A stretch of DNA of 64,000 bases from Camelus ferus (lineage: Eukaryota). The DNA lies in NCBI RefSeq assembly GCF_009834535.1, contig NC_045696.1, positions 61,134,001 to 61,198,000 of the forward strand. The letters are read 5' to 3'. The notes beneath the pieces were generated by a model. The model ran no database searches, was not told the origin of the DNA, and worked only from the letters and a program-made list of their open reading frames with translations. Below, piece by piece: positions 40,189 through 54,340 of the stretch. Within the stretch, counting starts at the first letter, position 1. Each line of letters begins with the position of its first letter. The position numbers were made by a program, and so were the translations under genes.

Positions 40189-41211
40189 TGCAGCAAGAAG
40201 GGGAGGCCTGGGTGGCAGGGGCAGTGAGGCTGGGGGCAGGCCTGGGGCGAGTGACAAGAAGACTGCCTGCCCCTTTGTGACAGGCAGCTGCTTGCTGTGC
40301 AGTGTGGCCAGCGACCTGGAGACCACAGTCAGTGTTCTACCGGAGGGAGGTGCCTCATGGGGGTGGACACGGGGCTAGGATCAAGGAGAGGAAGGCTCTG
40401 TCTCACATTTGGCTTGGCACAGGGACAGACAGAAAAGCAGAACTGCCTTGTACAGGGTGGAGCCCAAGAAGCCGCCAGGCAGGAAATTGGAGCAGGGTGT
40501 CAAGGGGTAGGGGGGCTGGCACAAGACCGTCTCCTCCATCCCCTGAGCACCAAAGCGTTCTCAGTGTCTGGGAGGAGCATTGAACTTGAGGGAGGTGGGA
40601 TGGGGCTTGATCCAACCTCATTACTAGACTCCAAGGAAAGGATGACTCCAGTTGACCTTGGGTCACAGATACTTGTATACGTACACGTGTACATGTGTGT
40701 GTGTATGATCTTACCTGTTACATGTTAGTTTTATCAGTCTAACTCTCAGAATCCTAGGGATACCTTATTGTTATCCTTAAAAGGGACCTCCAAGACCAGT
40801 TATTTCAGTACCCTCATGGTAGACATGAAGAAATTGAGGCCCAGAGAGGTGAAACAGCTTGTCCAGAGTCTCACAGCTGAGCCAGAACTAGAATCCCCTG
40901 CGGTAACCACAGCTCCGTCTGTTATTCTAGGTTTTCTCTCCACATTTAAGAGTTAACATTGCTGTGTCTCAGTTTCCTCATCTATAAAATGGGGACAATG
41001 ATAGTATCTCACAGGATTGTTGCAAGGATTAACTAAAATGCTATGTGATTAGAAGTGTCCATCACGGCTACCTGTTCAATAAGGGCTGGCTGTTTTTAAT
41101 TGTCATCTGTTTATGCCTGTGTTGTTTCAGTCTTTGAAAAGCTGATGCCATGACAGAATTAGACATGCAAAAGATTAACTAGAGGAAATGCCTTAGAAAG
41201 AAAAAGAGGAG

Positions 41212-41620
41212 TATATTAGTTACCCACTACTGCATAACGAATTACTCCAAAACTTCGTGGAAGTGGAAGTTAAAACAACAGACATTCATTATTTCACAGT
41301 TTCTGCAGGTCAGAAATCTGGAGAGACTGAGCTAGGTTTTTGTGGCTCAGGGCCTCTTGGGAGGTTGCAGCTGAGTTGTCAGCGTGGGTGACAGTCAGTT
41401 AAAGGCTTCCAAGCTCACTCAGGGGACTGCTGGCTGGAGGCTCCTTGCCGTGTGGGCTACAGCTGCTCAACAACAAGGCTGATGGCTTCCCCCAGAGTGA
41501 GTGATCTGAGAGAGAGAGCAACCAGGCAGAAGCTGTAGTGGCTTTTATAACCTAATCTCAGAAGTGACATGTTATCACTCGTGCTCTATTCTACTGGGCA
41601 CTCAGACTGACATAGTACAG
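41212..41620 (-). mobile_element. MaLR LTR (MLT1F/G-like)
   Basis: tattagtta..ctgcataacgaattactccaaaactt..catttcacagtttctgcaggtcag..tctcagaagtgaca. Confidence 0.8.
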
Positions 41621-41805
41621 AGGGGGAGGGGACGGCTGAGGACCGGAGTGGAGGGAGGGGGCGGGAGGAGGCACAACTGTGCTCACCACCAAGCCAGTGT
41701 CCAAAATGCCTGCAGGTGGGAGGTGCACTTTCTCTGCCTCTCCTCCCTCCTCCTCCTCTCTCTCCTTCCCTCCCCTCCTCTCCTCGCCCTTCTTCCTTCC
41801 TTTTT

Positions 41806-41944
41806 CCCTTTTTATTTTTATTTTTTGTTGGGGGAGGTAATTAGGTCTTTTTATTTATTTATTTTTAGAGGAGTTACCAGGGATTGAACCCAGGAACTCA
41901 TGCATGCTAAGCATGTGCTCTACCACTTAAGCTGTACCCTCCCC
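41806..41944 (-). mobile_element. Vic-1-like SINE
   Basis: Same tRNA-Ala head and AT-rich tail on the minus strand. Confidence 0.85.
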
Positions 41945-42200
41945 TCCCTTCCTTTTTATTTTTTCAGACAAATGCAATACACAAATGTTACAGGAAGTCT
42001 TACTTAAAGGGTGGGAAATCACATACAACCCATCTTCTTCACCTTAACACTTTTTTTCACTCCCAATTTTCTCATCTACATACACATTTTAACATAGCTG
42101 CAGCCACACCTAAGCACCAGCCTATAGAGGCATGCAGGTGGGGCCAGGCAGCCTCCAAGCAAGAGAAGAGGAGGGGACATGAGAGGCGGTTGGGTTGCAG

Positions 42201-42330
42201 CTGAGGCTGGGGTAGGGACTGAGGCTGGGATGGGACTGAGGCCGGGGTGGGACTGAGGCTGGGGTGGGACTGAGGCTGGGGTGGGACTGAGGCTGGATAG
42301 GGACTGAGGCTGGGGTGGGACTGAGGCTGG
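42201..42330 (+). repeat. G-rich 17-bp minisatellite (CTGAGGCTGGGGTGGGA) x about 7.6
   Basis: Units counted directly. Confidence 0.97.
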
Positions 42331-43859
42331 CAGCAGCACTCACAACAGCGTCTCACTGGGAGGGATCAAACATGGGGGGGCATTGCATGTAAAAAAAATT
42401 GAGTTGATTCTTCCTGGGTGCCCAGAGTGACAACTAATAATTAAAGAAGGTTTGACAGGATGAGGGAGGGAAGGGGGAAAGATGGCTCTGAGGATGTACC
42501 AGAGGAAGAAGGCCACGGAGATGGTACAGCCTGTATAATGGAGCAGAAGAGGCAGAAATGCCACAGCGAAAGACACCGAACAAGAGAAGGATTGGGGTAG
42601 GCATCAGAAACAGGCTGGTGGTCAAGGAGCTTCTGTGCCGAAGTTCTCATACCTTGGAGTCACATCACATCCAGGAAGGAGCTACATCTCTCACCCCAAT
42701 CTCCATCGACTTGCAGATGGTCGTGGGTCCTCAGGTGGAGGTGAGAGAGATGACTCGGCAGGCTTACTGACCCTGGCCGATTAACGAGGGAAAGAAAGTG
42801 CCAGGCTGATGAAAGGCAGGACACTTATCTTATCCCACAGGTGGCTCCTTAATTCCAATGACATAGTACTGTAGGACGATTTATGATTTACAATTGCTGC
42901 ATTAGTCCCAAGGACATACCCCAGTATCTCTTTCCTTGTTCTCTTTCTCCCCCTGAAGTTTCAGGTTTAGGGCTGAGCTCCATGGGAGGAAAGAGCCAAT
43001 AGGGGAAGACGACTGGCCCCACCGGCCTGGAGGGAAGATCACGATGGCAGAGTCTTCTGATCATTCTCCTGCAGCCTGATGTGGGCAGGGGGCTGTCTCC
43101 ACCAGCTACCAGGCTGACGCTCCCTGCTCCAGTGTTTTCCTCTCTGAGAAATAAAAGCAGTTCTTTTTTTTTTCACTTTGTCCCTCTGCCTCTACTGAGA
43201 ATTCTTTCTCCATTGATGGACAAGGACCCACACATTTGGGGTGCTTTCCAGTTTGGGGGTCTCTATCCCTAACAGAGTCACTGAGGAGTCACTCCTCTGC
43301 TTTGCTGCGGCAGGAGGACTAAGGAAGATGCTCGCCTCAGCCGGGGGCCTTCAGCTCCCATCCGCCCACAGTGAATGGCTGGAAAGGAGAAGGGGCCGCC
43401 CCCACTAAAGGGAAGCTGAGGGCTTACACTGGAAAAGGGGAGAGTCAGGCCATTGCTGGGAAGGGGAGATTGGAGGTGAGGAGGACCTTCTAGGGGCCTG
43501 GGGGTTGTGGGGCAGAGCAGAGGTGCCTCCCACAGGGGCCCCAGGGAGGCGCGTGGGGTGGGGCCTCCCTCAGTTGGGGGGGCCTGCTCTGTACCCGCGC
43601 TGTGCTCCATGCCCTGTGCCCTCAGAGATCCGCTGAGCCCTGCTGAGCCCTCCCTCACAATAATCCTCTGGAAGGGGACTGCTTCCTGTCCCAGCCAAGA
43701 GGAGACTGAGGCTCAGGGAAGTCTAAATCACTGCTTCCCACGGTGTGGTCCGCAGACCTGTTCTGGTCACTGTGAGGTTAGTACAGGAATTGAGAGCAGG
43801 TAACTGGAAACCTTTACAGCACTTTGACAGAGAAGTTGTCTGCTCTTGTATAATAAAAC

Positions 43860-46800
43860 AGCTTGAAAAGAATTGTGAAAAAGTCTTATGAAGAAAAATT
43901 TAAACTGTTAATGAAAGAGTTTTAAAAGTCCTGAATAAACAGGCAGACATGGTGTGTTCCCAGATGGAAAGCACTGATAGTATAAACATATTCATTCTTC
44001 CCACATTCATCTCTGCAGTTAGGATAAAAATGCTACTGTTATTATTTGGAACTTGAAAATGTGATTCTGGAGCTCATATGGAAAAATAAATTTTGAGTAA
44101 ATTGCCAGACATCAAAATGTAAAACTATAGCAACTTAAAAAAAAGTATAGTCTTGGTCCAAGAATTGGTAAACAGATCAATGTAAGGGAATAATATTAGA
44201 GAAAAATTACGGAAATTAAATGAAGATTTTTGACAATGTTGAAACTCTGGTACTAAATGAAATAATATCCCTCTGTAGTTAATACACGCGTCTCTAGGGA
44301 TGTTAATTCCACTTCATACTGCGCTGGGGAAGTCTATATTCAGGGGACCCATCAAGAAACACTCATCGAAAACAAAATTTTGAAGAAAAATTCCACAAGG
44401 AAGAAAAAAAGAGTTGTTTGCTTTGCAAGAGTGTGATTTGAAAACCAAAATACTCTTACGGAGTTTGATAAATCCCACAAATGTTTGGCTGAAATGGGAA
44501 GGGTTTGCAGACTACGGCCCACAGACCAAATCCAGCAGCAGCCTAGTTTTTTAAATAAAGTTTTATTGGAACACAGCCACACCCACTCATTTTTATACTG
44601 TCTATGGCTGCTTTCATGCCCTGATGGCAGAGTTGAGTAGTTGTGACAGAGACTGCATGGCCCTTTAAAGAAAAAGTTTGCCAACCTCTGCTTTATGTAA
44701 TTAAACTAGAATACATTAAAAGTTAGATGGAGTGTTATAATTATGCTATAATTTATTTTTAATCAGAAAAATACTCTGGGCAATCATTGTGTATTTATAA
44801 TCATAAAAATGTTGCAAATTATACCCTACAATTTGATAAATATGAAATAAACATATTATCATATAAAATGTTGGGATTAATGCTTTATATGTCTTTGGGT
44901 TTTTGTTTTCCTTTTTCTAGTAATTCTCTTTTTTTCTGTTTTTTTCTTCCAGCTTTATTGAGTTGTAACTGACATGCAGTGCTGTATAAGTTTAAGGTGT
45001 ACAGAATGACAGCATGATGACTTGACTTACATCATAAATGATTGCCACAATAAATTCAATGAACAGTCACCATCTCACATAGATACAAAAGGAAAAGAAA
45101 AAAAATATTTTTTCCTTGTAATAAGAACTCTAGGGTTTTCTCTCTTAACAACTTTTGTTTATGGTATATAGCAGTGTCAGTTATCTTTGTCATGTTGTAT
45201 ATTACATTCCTTGTACTTACTTATTTTATAACTGGAAGTTTGTCCCTTTTGACTACCTTCATCTAATTCCCCTCCCTCTGCCTCCTGCCTCCAGTAGCAA
45301 CAAATCTGATCTCTTTTTCCATGAGTTTGTTTGTTTTGCTCTTGACGTATAATTGACCTACAACACTGTGTTGGTCCCTGGCATAAAACATAATGATTCA
45401 ATGTTTCTGTACACTTCGAAATGATCACCATAGTAAGTCTAGCTGTCATCTGTCACCATACAAAGATGTTATGTAATTATTGACTGTATTCCCCACATCA
45501 TACATTTCATACCTGTGACATTTCTTTTCTGATCGGAAATTTGTGCCTCTTAATCTCCCTCACCTATTTCTCTCATGCCCCCACACCCCTTCCCTCTGGC
45601 AACCACCTGTTTGTTCTCTGTATAAATGACTCTGTTTCTGTTTAGTTATGCTTGTTCATTTTGTTTTTTAGATTCCACATATAAGTGAAATCATATAGTA
45701 TATGTCTTTGTCTGATTTATTTCACTTAGTATGATACCTTCTAGGTTTGTCCATGTTGCTGCAAATGACAAGATTTTATCCTTTTTATGGACAAGTAATA
45801 TTCCATTGTGTATGTGTCTGTGTGTGTATCACATCTTCTTTACCCATTCATCTAGTGATGGGCACTTCCTTACTTTCTGCATTTCTACAAGATGCTCCAG
45901 TTCATCTTCTATCTTTCTTGCCTGAGTCCTAGAATTAGTCATTTCTCCAAGGAGCCCAGTCTCCTTTTTACTGGAGAATAGCATTAGAAACTAAGATCTT
46001 GACACTAGTTGTGCCCACTGCTACCACAGTGTCTCTCAGCTGACAGAGCAAGGAAATACATGTATATACTAACCCACATACATACACATATTTATATTTT
46101 GTATATACCCATCTGTATCTATGTTAAGCTAAACATGAGTTTGTGCTGATATCTGAAACTCCAATCTGTTTCCACACGGATAAATCTAGCCTTCTCCCCT
46201 TGCTTACCTGTAACTTCCCACTCCACTAGGGAGGTACCTCGTTGCCACCATCACCAATTACTTAATGTCTCAATTCCAGTATACATCAGAATTGTTAATA
46301 TGTACCCCCTTGAAAAACAACTTGATATACGTTTATTTTGCCTTTAGTCTTCTACACACCACTCATTTGCAAAATTAAGTATGTCAGCACCATTTCCTCC
46401 ACCTCCTTAGTGAGATGGTTTCGTACATGTATAGCACAGTTAGACTATTTTGTTCCATTCTGCATTCTGTTGTGGGATTCCTGACCTCCTGAATGACTTT
46501 TTTTTCATTTGCACACATTAAGGTTTCCTCTTTGTGCTAAAAAGTGTTATGGGTTTTGAAGCGGAGGGGAGGGATAAATTAGGATTTTGAGATTAACATA
46601 TACACATTACTATATATAAAATAAATGAGAAGGACCTACTATATAGCACAAGGAACTATATTCAATATCTTGTAATAATGTAATAATGGAAAATAATCTG
46701 AAAAAGAATATACATACATATATATGTATATATATAGATACCTATATATCTGGATCACTTTGCTGTACACCCGAAACTAACACAACACTGTAAATCATCC

Positions 46801-46980
46801 ACATTTCAATTTAAAAAAAAGTGTTATGGGTTTGACACATGCATACTGTCATGTATTCACCATTACAACATCATACACAAGAGTTTTATTGCCCTAAAAA
46901 CCCCAGTGCTTCACCCACTCAATGCCTCCCCCCTCCCTTCCCCTTAACAACCACTGATCTTTTTACCTTTTGCAGAAAGT
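43860..46980. mobile_element. Cluster of nested L1 fragments
   Basis: L1ME-like plus-strand piece (43860-44260), minus-strand 3' ends (44930-45865, 45880-46980), and a plus-strand 3' end 46559-46820 with TSD aaaagtgttatgggttt. Confidence 0.8.
44499..44690 (+). mobile_element. MER58A
   Basis: aaataaagttttattggaacacagccac...gttgtgacagagac...aaagtttgccaacctctg. Confidence 0.9.
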
Positions 46981-48329
46981 ATTGTATTATATAAAAATAT
47001 TGACCTATCATGAATTTTTTAAAACTTTAACCTAATTCTTCAGCACAGATATTTTAAGAAGCAGTGGTCTCAACAACCAACCCAATGTCACCCACTACCC
47101 CAAGGGAGAGTGAGATTTTGAAGTCACATCTGTTTGGTTCTGAGTCCTGAGCTGGTTTCCATGTCAGTCTCTTGCTTCTCCCCTTTTCAAGCATTAAGAG
47201 GGAGTCCTCATTCTGAGCTCTGAATAGCCACTAGGAGATGATTCAGGAGCCAGCTGGACAAGATTATGGAGGAAAACAAAAGTGGACAAGCCATGGTTCC
47301 CCCAAAAAGGCCTTTTGTGGACTCAAAAAGTTGAAGGAAGAAGGAAGAAGTAAACTATGTACATGGCCCTGGGCGCTAGGTGAAGCCCATTGTATTTTGG
47401 GGGGATTCCATAGCCCGAGATGGGGACCCTCCCATATGCCAGGCCCCTACTGACTATCTAGGATACGGGACACAAAAAGACACTATCCTTCAAGAAGTTC
47501 ACACCCCTGCAGGGTATTTATCAATACATATGCAACCTGATACATTAGAAAGAGAAAACCTGAAACCATTAATGCTTTCAAAATGATAAAAACGTCAGAC
47601 TCAGGAAAAGAAATGAGTAGTAGGATTTTTTCCCACTCAAAAAAAAAAAAAAAAGTCACATGAAAAGATCAAATAATTGCATTACGTGGTAAGTAACCGA
47701 ATGACTGGAAACCTCTTGCTCCATTTGGCGAGGGGAGAGAATTGTAAGATGTGAAATAGAGAAAAGAATCTCTGTGCATAAATATCAAAGTGAGACTAAA
47801 AGCACTCGATGATTACAGTGAATGTGGGAAGGCGTTCAGATGGGATTTGGGTTTAGTTCAACCCCAGAGAAACCAACCAGTGAGTAACTCTGGGTGTTGA
47901 CACTGGGAGATCTGAGGTCCCATAGCATTGCTTCTGAAGTCACACTCTGTAACAGAAAGTCCAAGTTGTGGTGGGCTGGGTCGGCCTCGGTAGCTCTTTT
48001 TGTCAGACTGTATGTGTGGTTGGCCTCACGTGAAAATTAAAAATTTGCATCACAAAGAAGACTACCGCAAAGGGCAACCTGACCTTTGTCTCTGTGGGCA
48101 CAGACTAGGCAGCGAGCAGGGGCTCCCAAAGTAGGATGGACCAGGAGAAGGGGGGCTGCTTGAGGCTGAAGCAGCTTCTCTGTGGTTCTCTGTGTTGAGA
48201 ACTCCACCTGAGTGAGGCCTCTTTCCTGAGTTCAGTGTCACAGCCCCGGGGGTGTCTCAGACACTCCAATTTCACCTCTCCCAAAGCAGTCATTGCATCC
48301 CGAGCCGACTCTTTTCTCTTTGATTTTGT

Positions 48330-49720
48330 GTTGAGACAAAATGTATATAAGCATACAATTCATCATTCACCATTACATAAAATAATGCAAATAAATTATT
48401 TAAATTCACCCATTTTAAAGTGTGCGATTCAGTGGTTTTAGTACATTTGCAATGTTGTGCAACCATCGTTAATTCCAAATAATTTTTATCACCCCCCCAA
48501 AACGACCCTGTACCCATGAAGGAGTCACTCCCCATTACTCTCTCCCAGCCCCTAACAGCCACTCGTCTTTATGGATTTGCCTGTTCTCTGGATATTCCAC
48601 AGAAATGGAACCACACAATATGTGGTCTTCTGCATCTGACGTCTCTCACTTAGCATAAATTTTCAAGATTCATCCATGTTGTAACCCTTGTCAGTACTTC
48701 ATTTTCTTTCTGTGGCTGGAAAATATTCCATTGTATAGATACTCAAGTTTGTTTATCTCATACCTGCTCTTGTGTCTCTCTTGGGTATCTACTGAGTAGC
48801 TCCCTTCATCTAGGGTTCCAAACCCCAGATGGGGATGTCTTCCTTCATCTTTTTCTCTCATTCACCCTCATACTCCAGTCAGAGAAGACAGAAGTCTTGT
48901 CGTTTCTCTCTCTCCAAACCTCTCCTCTGTCGTCATAGACCCTCCCCCAGATCAGGACACCCTCCTCTCTCACCCCGATGATGACCCCAACCCCCTGAAC
49001 AGTCACCCTGCCTCCAACTCCATCCCTTCCATCCATTCTCCATGTCATGGTGGGAGCGGTCTTGATTTTCAGAGCTGATCAAATCTCTGCCCATCTTACA
49101 ACCCTTCCATGTCTGCCCATGGCCCTCAGGATAAAGTTCAAATTGCTCATCATGGCTTACAAATCCCCTCAGGACATGGGCCCTGCCTGGCCCTCAGCCT
49201 CATCTTGCACTTCATACTCCAGCCAACTGAACTCTGTGCTGAGACATCCAGGTTGTCCCCCAGACAAGTAGGAGCTGGTCAACCCAAAACTCACCTTGGT
49301 GGCCATTTTCCCTCTTTCTCTCTTGCCCACCCTCCAAACTGGCTTAGACCCTTCACGAGCCTCCCATGGCAGTTAGCACACTGGGTTGCTCTCATTTTTA
49401 CCTCTCTCTTAGGTGGCCACGTGGCTGACCCCACCTCCTTGTTCAAATCTCACTCAGTATCACCTCCACAGAGAGGCTTCCTTGGTGAGGCCATGACACC
49501 ACCCACCCCAGTCACTCTATCACATTTCACTTTTAACATTTACAGCTACTTGCAGTATTTTCAATGTGTTTGTCTGTTTGTTACTTATTCCCCACACTAA
49601 AATATAAACTCCCTGAGAGCAAACATCTTGCCTGTCTTATTTTCCTCTGAACCCCAACCTCAGAACAGGACCTGGCACACAGAAGGGACTCAGTAACTGT
49701 ATATACAATGATTAATATAT
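48330..49720. mobile_element. L1MB-like 3' end (minus) followed by L2 (plus)
   Basis: attcacccattttaaagtgtgcgattcagtgg; ccctcaggataaagttcaaa; cctggcacacagaagggactcagtaa. Confidence 0.8.
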
Positions 49721-50409
49721 GTTCAGTGTGAAACTAGCTTTCATTTTGTTTCTTTAAAATCACATAATGACTTTTTTTAAAGTCACAAACCTGAAGACTC
49801 TCTGCAGAAGTTAAGGGCTCATATGCCTGTGATGCTTCCAGCCCGACTCCCTCCTCTTTTAGGAAATACTTTTCACTCTGACCTTGGTGGCTGCAGGCCG
49901 CCGTGGCTCTTCTCTCACTCTGCCTGGTCCTTTGTCCACTTCTTTCCTGTTTCCTCTTCCTCTTCTTTCCCCTCCCAACTGTGGGCTTTCCCCCGCACCT
50001 GAGCCTTGGTTCTCTTCAGCATATGATGCAGCCCTTCGATGGCATCTGGGCCTCTCTGTGTAGACGGCTCACCAGTCCATACATTTGACCCTAAGTCCCC
50101 TCACGACCTGCAACCTGCAAGGTCCCACTTGGAATTCCCTTTGTGCCTTTAAACTGTGTCATGAAAGACTCCCAGCTCCCAGCAGTGAATTCCTGGGGAT
50201 TTTGTCATCTCTGCAAATACATCATGTTGAACCCTCATCAGAGCCTCTTTACGCAATTGTACATGGTGTGACCATTGGAAAGAATGAGACAGCTCCATAT
50301 GCATTCATTTGGAACAACTTCCACAATATATTACGTGGGATAAAGCAAGATGTGCAATAGTGTGAGGGCGGTGGTGTCCAGGAGAAATAGGCAAGTGACA
50401 CACACCATT

Positions 50410-50740
50410 TGACATGTTCTGATGGCCACATTAGAAGTAACAAGAAAGAGGCGAAGACCACTTTAACAATATAGTTTCTTTAACCCACTGTATCCAAAAT
50501 AGTACCATTTCACCTTAGCAATATGAAAAATTTTTTTATTGAAGTGCAGTCAGTTACAATGTGTCGATTTCTGGTGTACAGCACCATGTCGCAGGCATGC
50601 ATATACAAACATATATTCATTTGAAAAATTATTAATATTTTTCCCACACTAAGTCTTTGAAATCCAGGTGTACTTTATACTTACTGTACATCTCAGTTTG
50701 GTCACACATGTGGCTGGTGGCTGCCATACAGGACCACACA
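50410..50740. mobile_element. MER33-like element with a short L1 tip inserted (about 50533-50621)
   Basis: cactaagtctttgaaatccaggtgta; cacatgtggctggtggct; TSD tgaaaaatt. Confidence 0.75.
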
Positions 50741-52299
50741 GGCATCCCCCTTGAGGAGTATGTACGAGGCAAGCACACAGCAGGAAATGACTACACGGCA
50801 CCACTCAGAAAAGCATTCTTCACATCCTCTGTCATCTTCCCCCTTGAATGCTCTATGGGACACTGGCAACTGACCGTGAGCCACAGAACCAGTTGGGGGT
50901 CCCTCCCTGAAGTGCACACTTTAGATCCGTCGCATGGCTCTGCTTAGATGTCTCAAATGACCACCATTCTACAAAAAGTCCCCTGCCATTTATTCCCAGA
51001 GGCTGTGTTTCTCCTAAGAAACAAAGCTCCTCTCCGTCCAACCCCATTTTCATCATCTTTTGTGCAGCCACCCTAGATGTGCTTGTTCAAAATCAATCCG
51101 TCAACAAACATTCACTGAGTGCTTACTAGGTGCCAGTTGCTAGCCAGGCCCCAGGGGCATGAGACAAACCTGGCTCCTGCCTTCCTGGAGCTCCCAGTCG
51201 AGCAGGAAATCTCTTGGTGTCCCTTTTCACCCACTCCCTCTGCCTGTCTCTCTTCTCACCCTTGACCCTCTTCCTTCTTTCCCTTTGGCCTCAGGTCTGT
51301 CTCCTAGCACCCACGGGCCGGGCCATGACAAAAGGCTGCCCGGTGGCAAACCACATCCTTTCAGGTTTAGTTTCGATTTCAGAGGTCAACCAGGTCTTGC
51401 CCTCTCTAGGGAGGTTTCTGGGCATTAGTCACTTGGCTCAGGGAGCCTGGGGTGGCAGAGATGCTGGGGTCACAAGGAGGACAGGAGGAAGTCTGGTGGA
51501 GCAAGAACTTGGCTTGGGGTCTCAGCCTCTGGGCTGCTCTGTGATGACCAGAGCCAAGCTGTCCTGGAGAGACAGGAAAGTAGGGACCACAGTGGGTTTA
51601 GTTGAGGCTGGAGCTGGGTGGGGGTCCAGCAGCGCTCACAGCCAGAGGAGAGGTACTGGCTGCCCTGAGGTGTTTTGGCCTGCACTGGCTCTTCCCTCCC
51701 CTGCAAGACTGTCACAGATCAACTTGCTTCCTGCTCAGCACCATGGTGCAGACCCTCAGAACTGCTCCCTGGGGCCTTGCAGGGGCCTCCTCCTTAATCA
51801 TCCCCTAGACTCCCCACCTCTGGTTTACCCACCACCACGTTGCCCTCCGCATGACCCTTCTCGGAGGACGCCCAGCCTGCCAAGCAGCCCCGCCTAGCAC
51901 GTCACCGCGGCCTCCGAGGTGGACCGCAGTCATACCTTCCGGGTGTTTGTCCTACTAACCCATAAGCATGACCCACCACCGTGTTCACACTGCCCCACGT
52001 TCTTCCTGTTAGAGGGGCTCTTTAGGAAGATGGAGTGGGCAAAATAGAGATACTCTGAGCATAATCTTGCACCAAAGTGGCGAGGCAGTCAATACTGGCG
52101 AAAGAAACCTTTGCTGGTTTTGTGATGTGCCTTTTTGAGGCTGGACACGAAGGGCCATTTTCCTTCATTCTCTCCTCTTGCAACATGCGCCTGAAGTCTC
52201 CTCAACTCCAGCAGGAGGAAAATCTGACAGAGCCAGGACCCTGGGCTGAGGGAAGGGCCTACAAAACCCATGGAAGTATTTGTGTGGATGTGTGTAGGG

Positions 52300-52645
52300 G
52301 TGTCCTTGGGGTCAGAGCAGAAAACCTCCAGTGTCCCCAACGCCCAGACAGTGATGACCGTGGCAGAGACATTACCCCATTCCTGAAAGCACAGGCTCCA
52401 GGATTCCCTGACTGCTTTGCCGAACCTTCTGTAGACTATGTGGCGGAGGGTCTAGGATGTCCCACTTAATCTTCCTTCCCTCTCTCCTTCACTCATATTC
52501 AGGCTTGCACGGTGGCCTGGAGACTCTCCTGGTGTCTCCATCTCCCTCCTTATTTTCTCTTACACAGTCATTTCCCCAAATAAAGTCCTTGGGTTCTTTA
52601 TCTCAGCCCTTAGTGACTGCTCTCGGAGGATCTGGGACTAACGCA
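52300..52645 (+). mobile_element. LTR16-like ERVL LTR
   Basis: catttccccaaataaag...ctcggaggatctgggactaacgca terminus. Confidence 0.65.
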
Positions 52646-52721
52646 TTTATGCTGTTCATTTTTTCACACAAGTTCAGGCGCAGCCAAACCCAACTCACTG
52701 AAGAAGTGGAGCAGGACTCTA

Positions 52722-52735
52722 CCAGCAGGGGGCAG
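52722..52735 (+). promoter_or_regulatory. Candidate CTCF site
   Basis: CCAGCAGGGGGCAG, perfect match to the core CCASYAGRKGGCRS. Confidence 0.6.
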
Positions 52736-53539
52736 AGGCACACAGACAGAGGGTGCCCCTCGGCCCTCCTCCTCCACCAGGCTGACACTTCAGGAGAATG
52801 TGTTCTCTTCTCAGTCCTTTCCTCCATGGCTTTGTGTGCTCCCACGAACACCTGCCAAATGTAGCTGTCCTTCAAAGTCTCACTCAGGTCAAGTTAGTTC
52901 AAAGTGAAGGGCATGGCATCTGAGCTGAATACTGGAGCACTCCTTGATTCTTCTGGAGCCCAGATGGAAAGGGTGGGAGGGGTGGGAGAGACCCACAGAG
53001 ACACTCACTGGCACCCCTCCAATCCGAGCCTGCTGTTTGTGATGTGTTGGGGTAGACAGCCACTTGAAGTGACTCCTGAGGAAGGGGGCCTGGGGCCATG
53101 GTTCCATCTGCCCACCCTCACCACCCAAGGTTGTGAGGGCACAGGGCAGTTCAGGTGGGGGTTTCCCAGGGAGGCCCCGCTGCTCTCAGCCTCAAGTTCC
53201 TACAGTTGCCTGTGTCCAGATGGAGGGTGAGCCCTAACAAAGATTTGTTCTTTTCTGTTAAAAACAAGCCTGGCCACACCCCGGTGACTATATAACTCTC
53301 GATGAACTAAACACCTGCAAAGCAACCCAGAGAGGGGAACCTGGGCTTTGGCGACAGGCAGACTTAGTTTCAACCTTGCCTGCTCCCTCAATTCCTAGCT
53401 GTGTAAACACTGACAAATTGCTTAACATCTCTGAACTTGATTTTCTGAGCTGAGAGGAAATAACACTTACCTCCTACGCTTACTGGGAGGAGTGGATAAA
53501 TAACATGTAAAGTTCCCAGCCCAGGTTTTTCTCTAGAGG

Positions 53540-54340
53540 ACCAGTGGTTCTCTGCGAGGACAGTAATGACCCCCAGTAGACAGTCTGGGCAGTGCGGGGT
53601 GTTTTCAGTGGTCACTGTGCCAGAGGCCGCCTGTGACACAGGCAGGGGCCAGGGACCTCCAGCCCTACACAGTACAGTGATGCAAAACGAGGAAATGTCC
53701 TCTGTTCCATATGCAAGAATAGGGGAGTTCTTGCACAATTTTAAGACACATTGAAGTTTCCAGGAATGCAACTACAGGGTGAATTGAGGGAATTTTCTGT
53801 GCTTAGTTTGTCACTTTACCAAGAGTTGTTCATCGATTTAGGAAAATCTCACCACTGACAGCGCCGCCACTTAGGGTATTTGAGTGGCCTGACTCTTCTG
53901 ATGTCCTTTAAGGATGTGCTCTAGCTTTGTCCACATGCATCCCCTGGGGACCTTGCTCAGGTGCAGATTTGGATTCTAGCAGGTCTAACGTGGGGACTGA
54001 GATCTGCATGTCTCACAAGTCCCCAGGAGAGGCCAGCCTCAATGTCCTGGTGCAGTCAGTCACACATGTTCAAGCAGACAATATGCTTTCTGTTATGTTA
54101 TGCTTCCCCCTTTGTATGACTTTAGGGCATTGTTTTAGGTCGAGTTTCCTAGGAAACACTCTGGGAGGGAGATTTCCGTGCCCGTGGTTAACTGGGGCAT
54201 GTTCCCGGAAACCCCTGTGAGGGGTGGGAAAAGCAGGGTTGGGCAGAAAAAGGAGCTGAGCTATGAGGCCATCACAGCAGAGGCCTCAGGGAGCTCAAGA
54301 CCCAGATGGTCCATTCAGAGATGCAGGGGGCTGGGCTTCT
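53540..54340. mobile_element. MER20B-like, MER5-like and LTR16-like fragments
   Basis: cagtggttctc start; gagatctgcatgtctcacaagtcccc; tgttttaggtcgagtttcctaggaa. Confidence 0.6.

Noticed and set aside
42072..42356. Pro/Gln/Ser repeat ORFs
   Set aside because: Translations of the 17-bp minisatellite; unit length is not a multiple of three
42340..42650. Hydrophobic minus-strand peptide (LHYTGCTISVAFFLWYIL) faintly like a GPCR TM1
   Set aside because: Arises from a pyrimidine-rich strand; no neighbouring TM exons or good donor
47230..47520. Possible ERV-internal fragment
   Set aside because: Too short and diverged to support by eye
51214..51897. 227-aa ORF, longest in the track
   Set aside because: Non-ATG start, GC-rich chance ORF, no recognisable domain or exon structure
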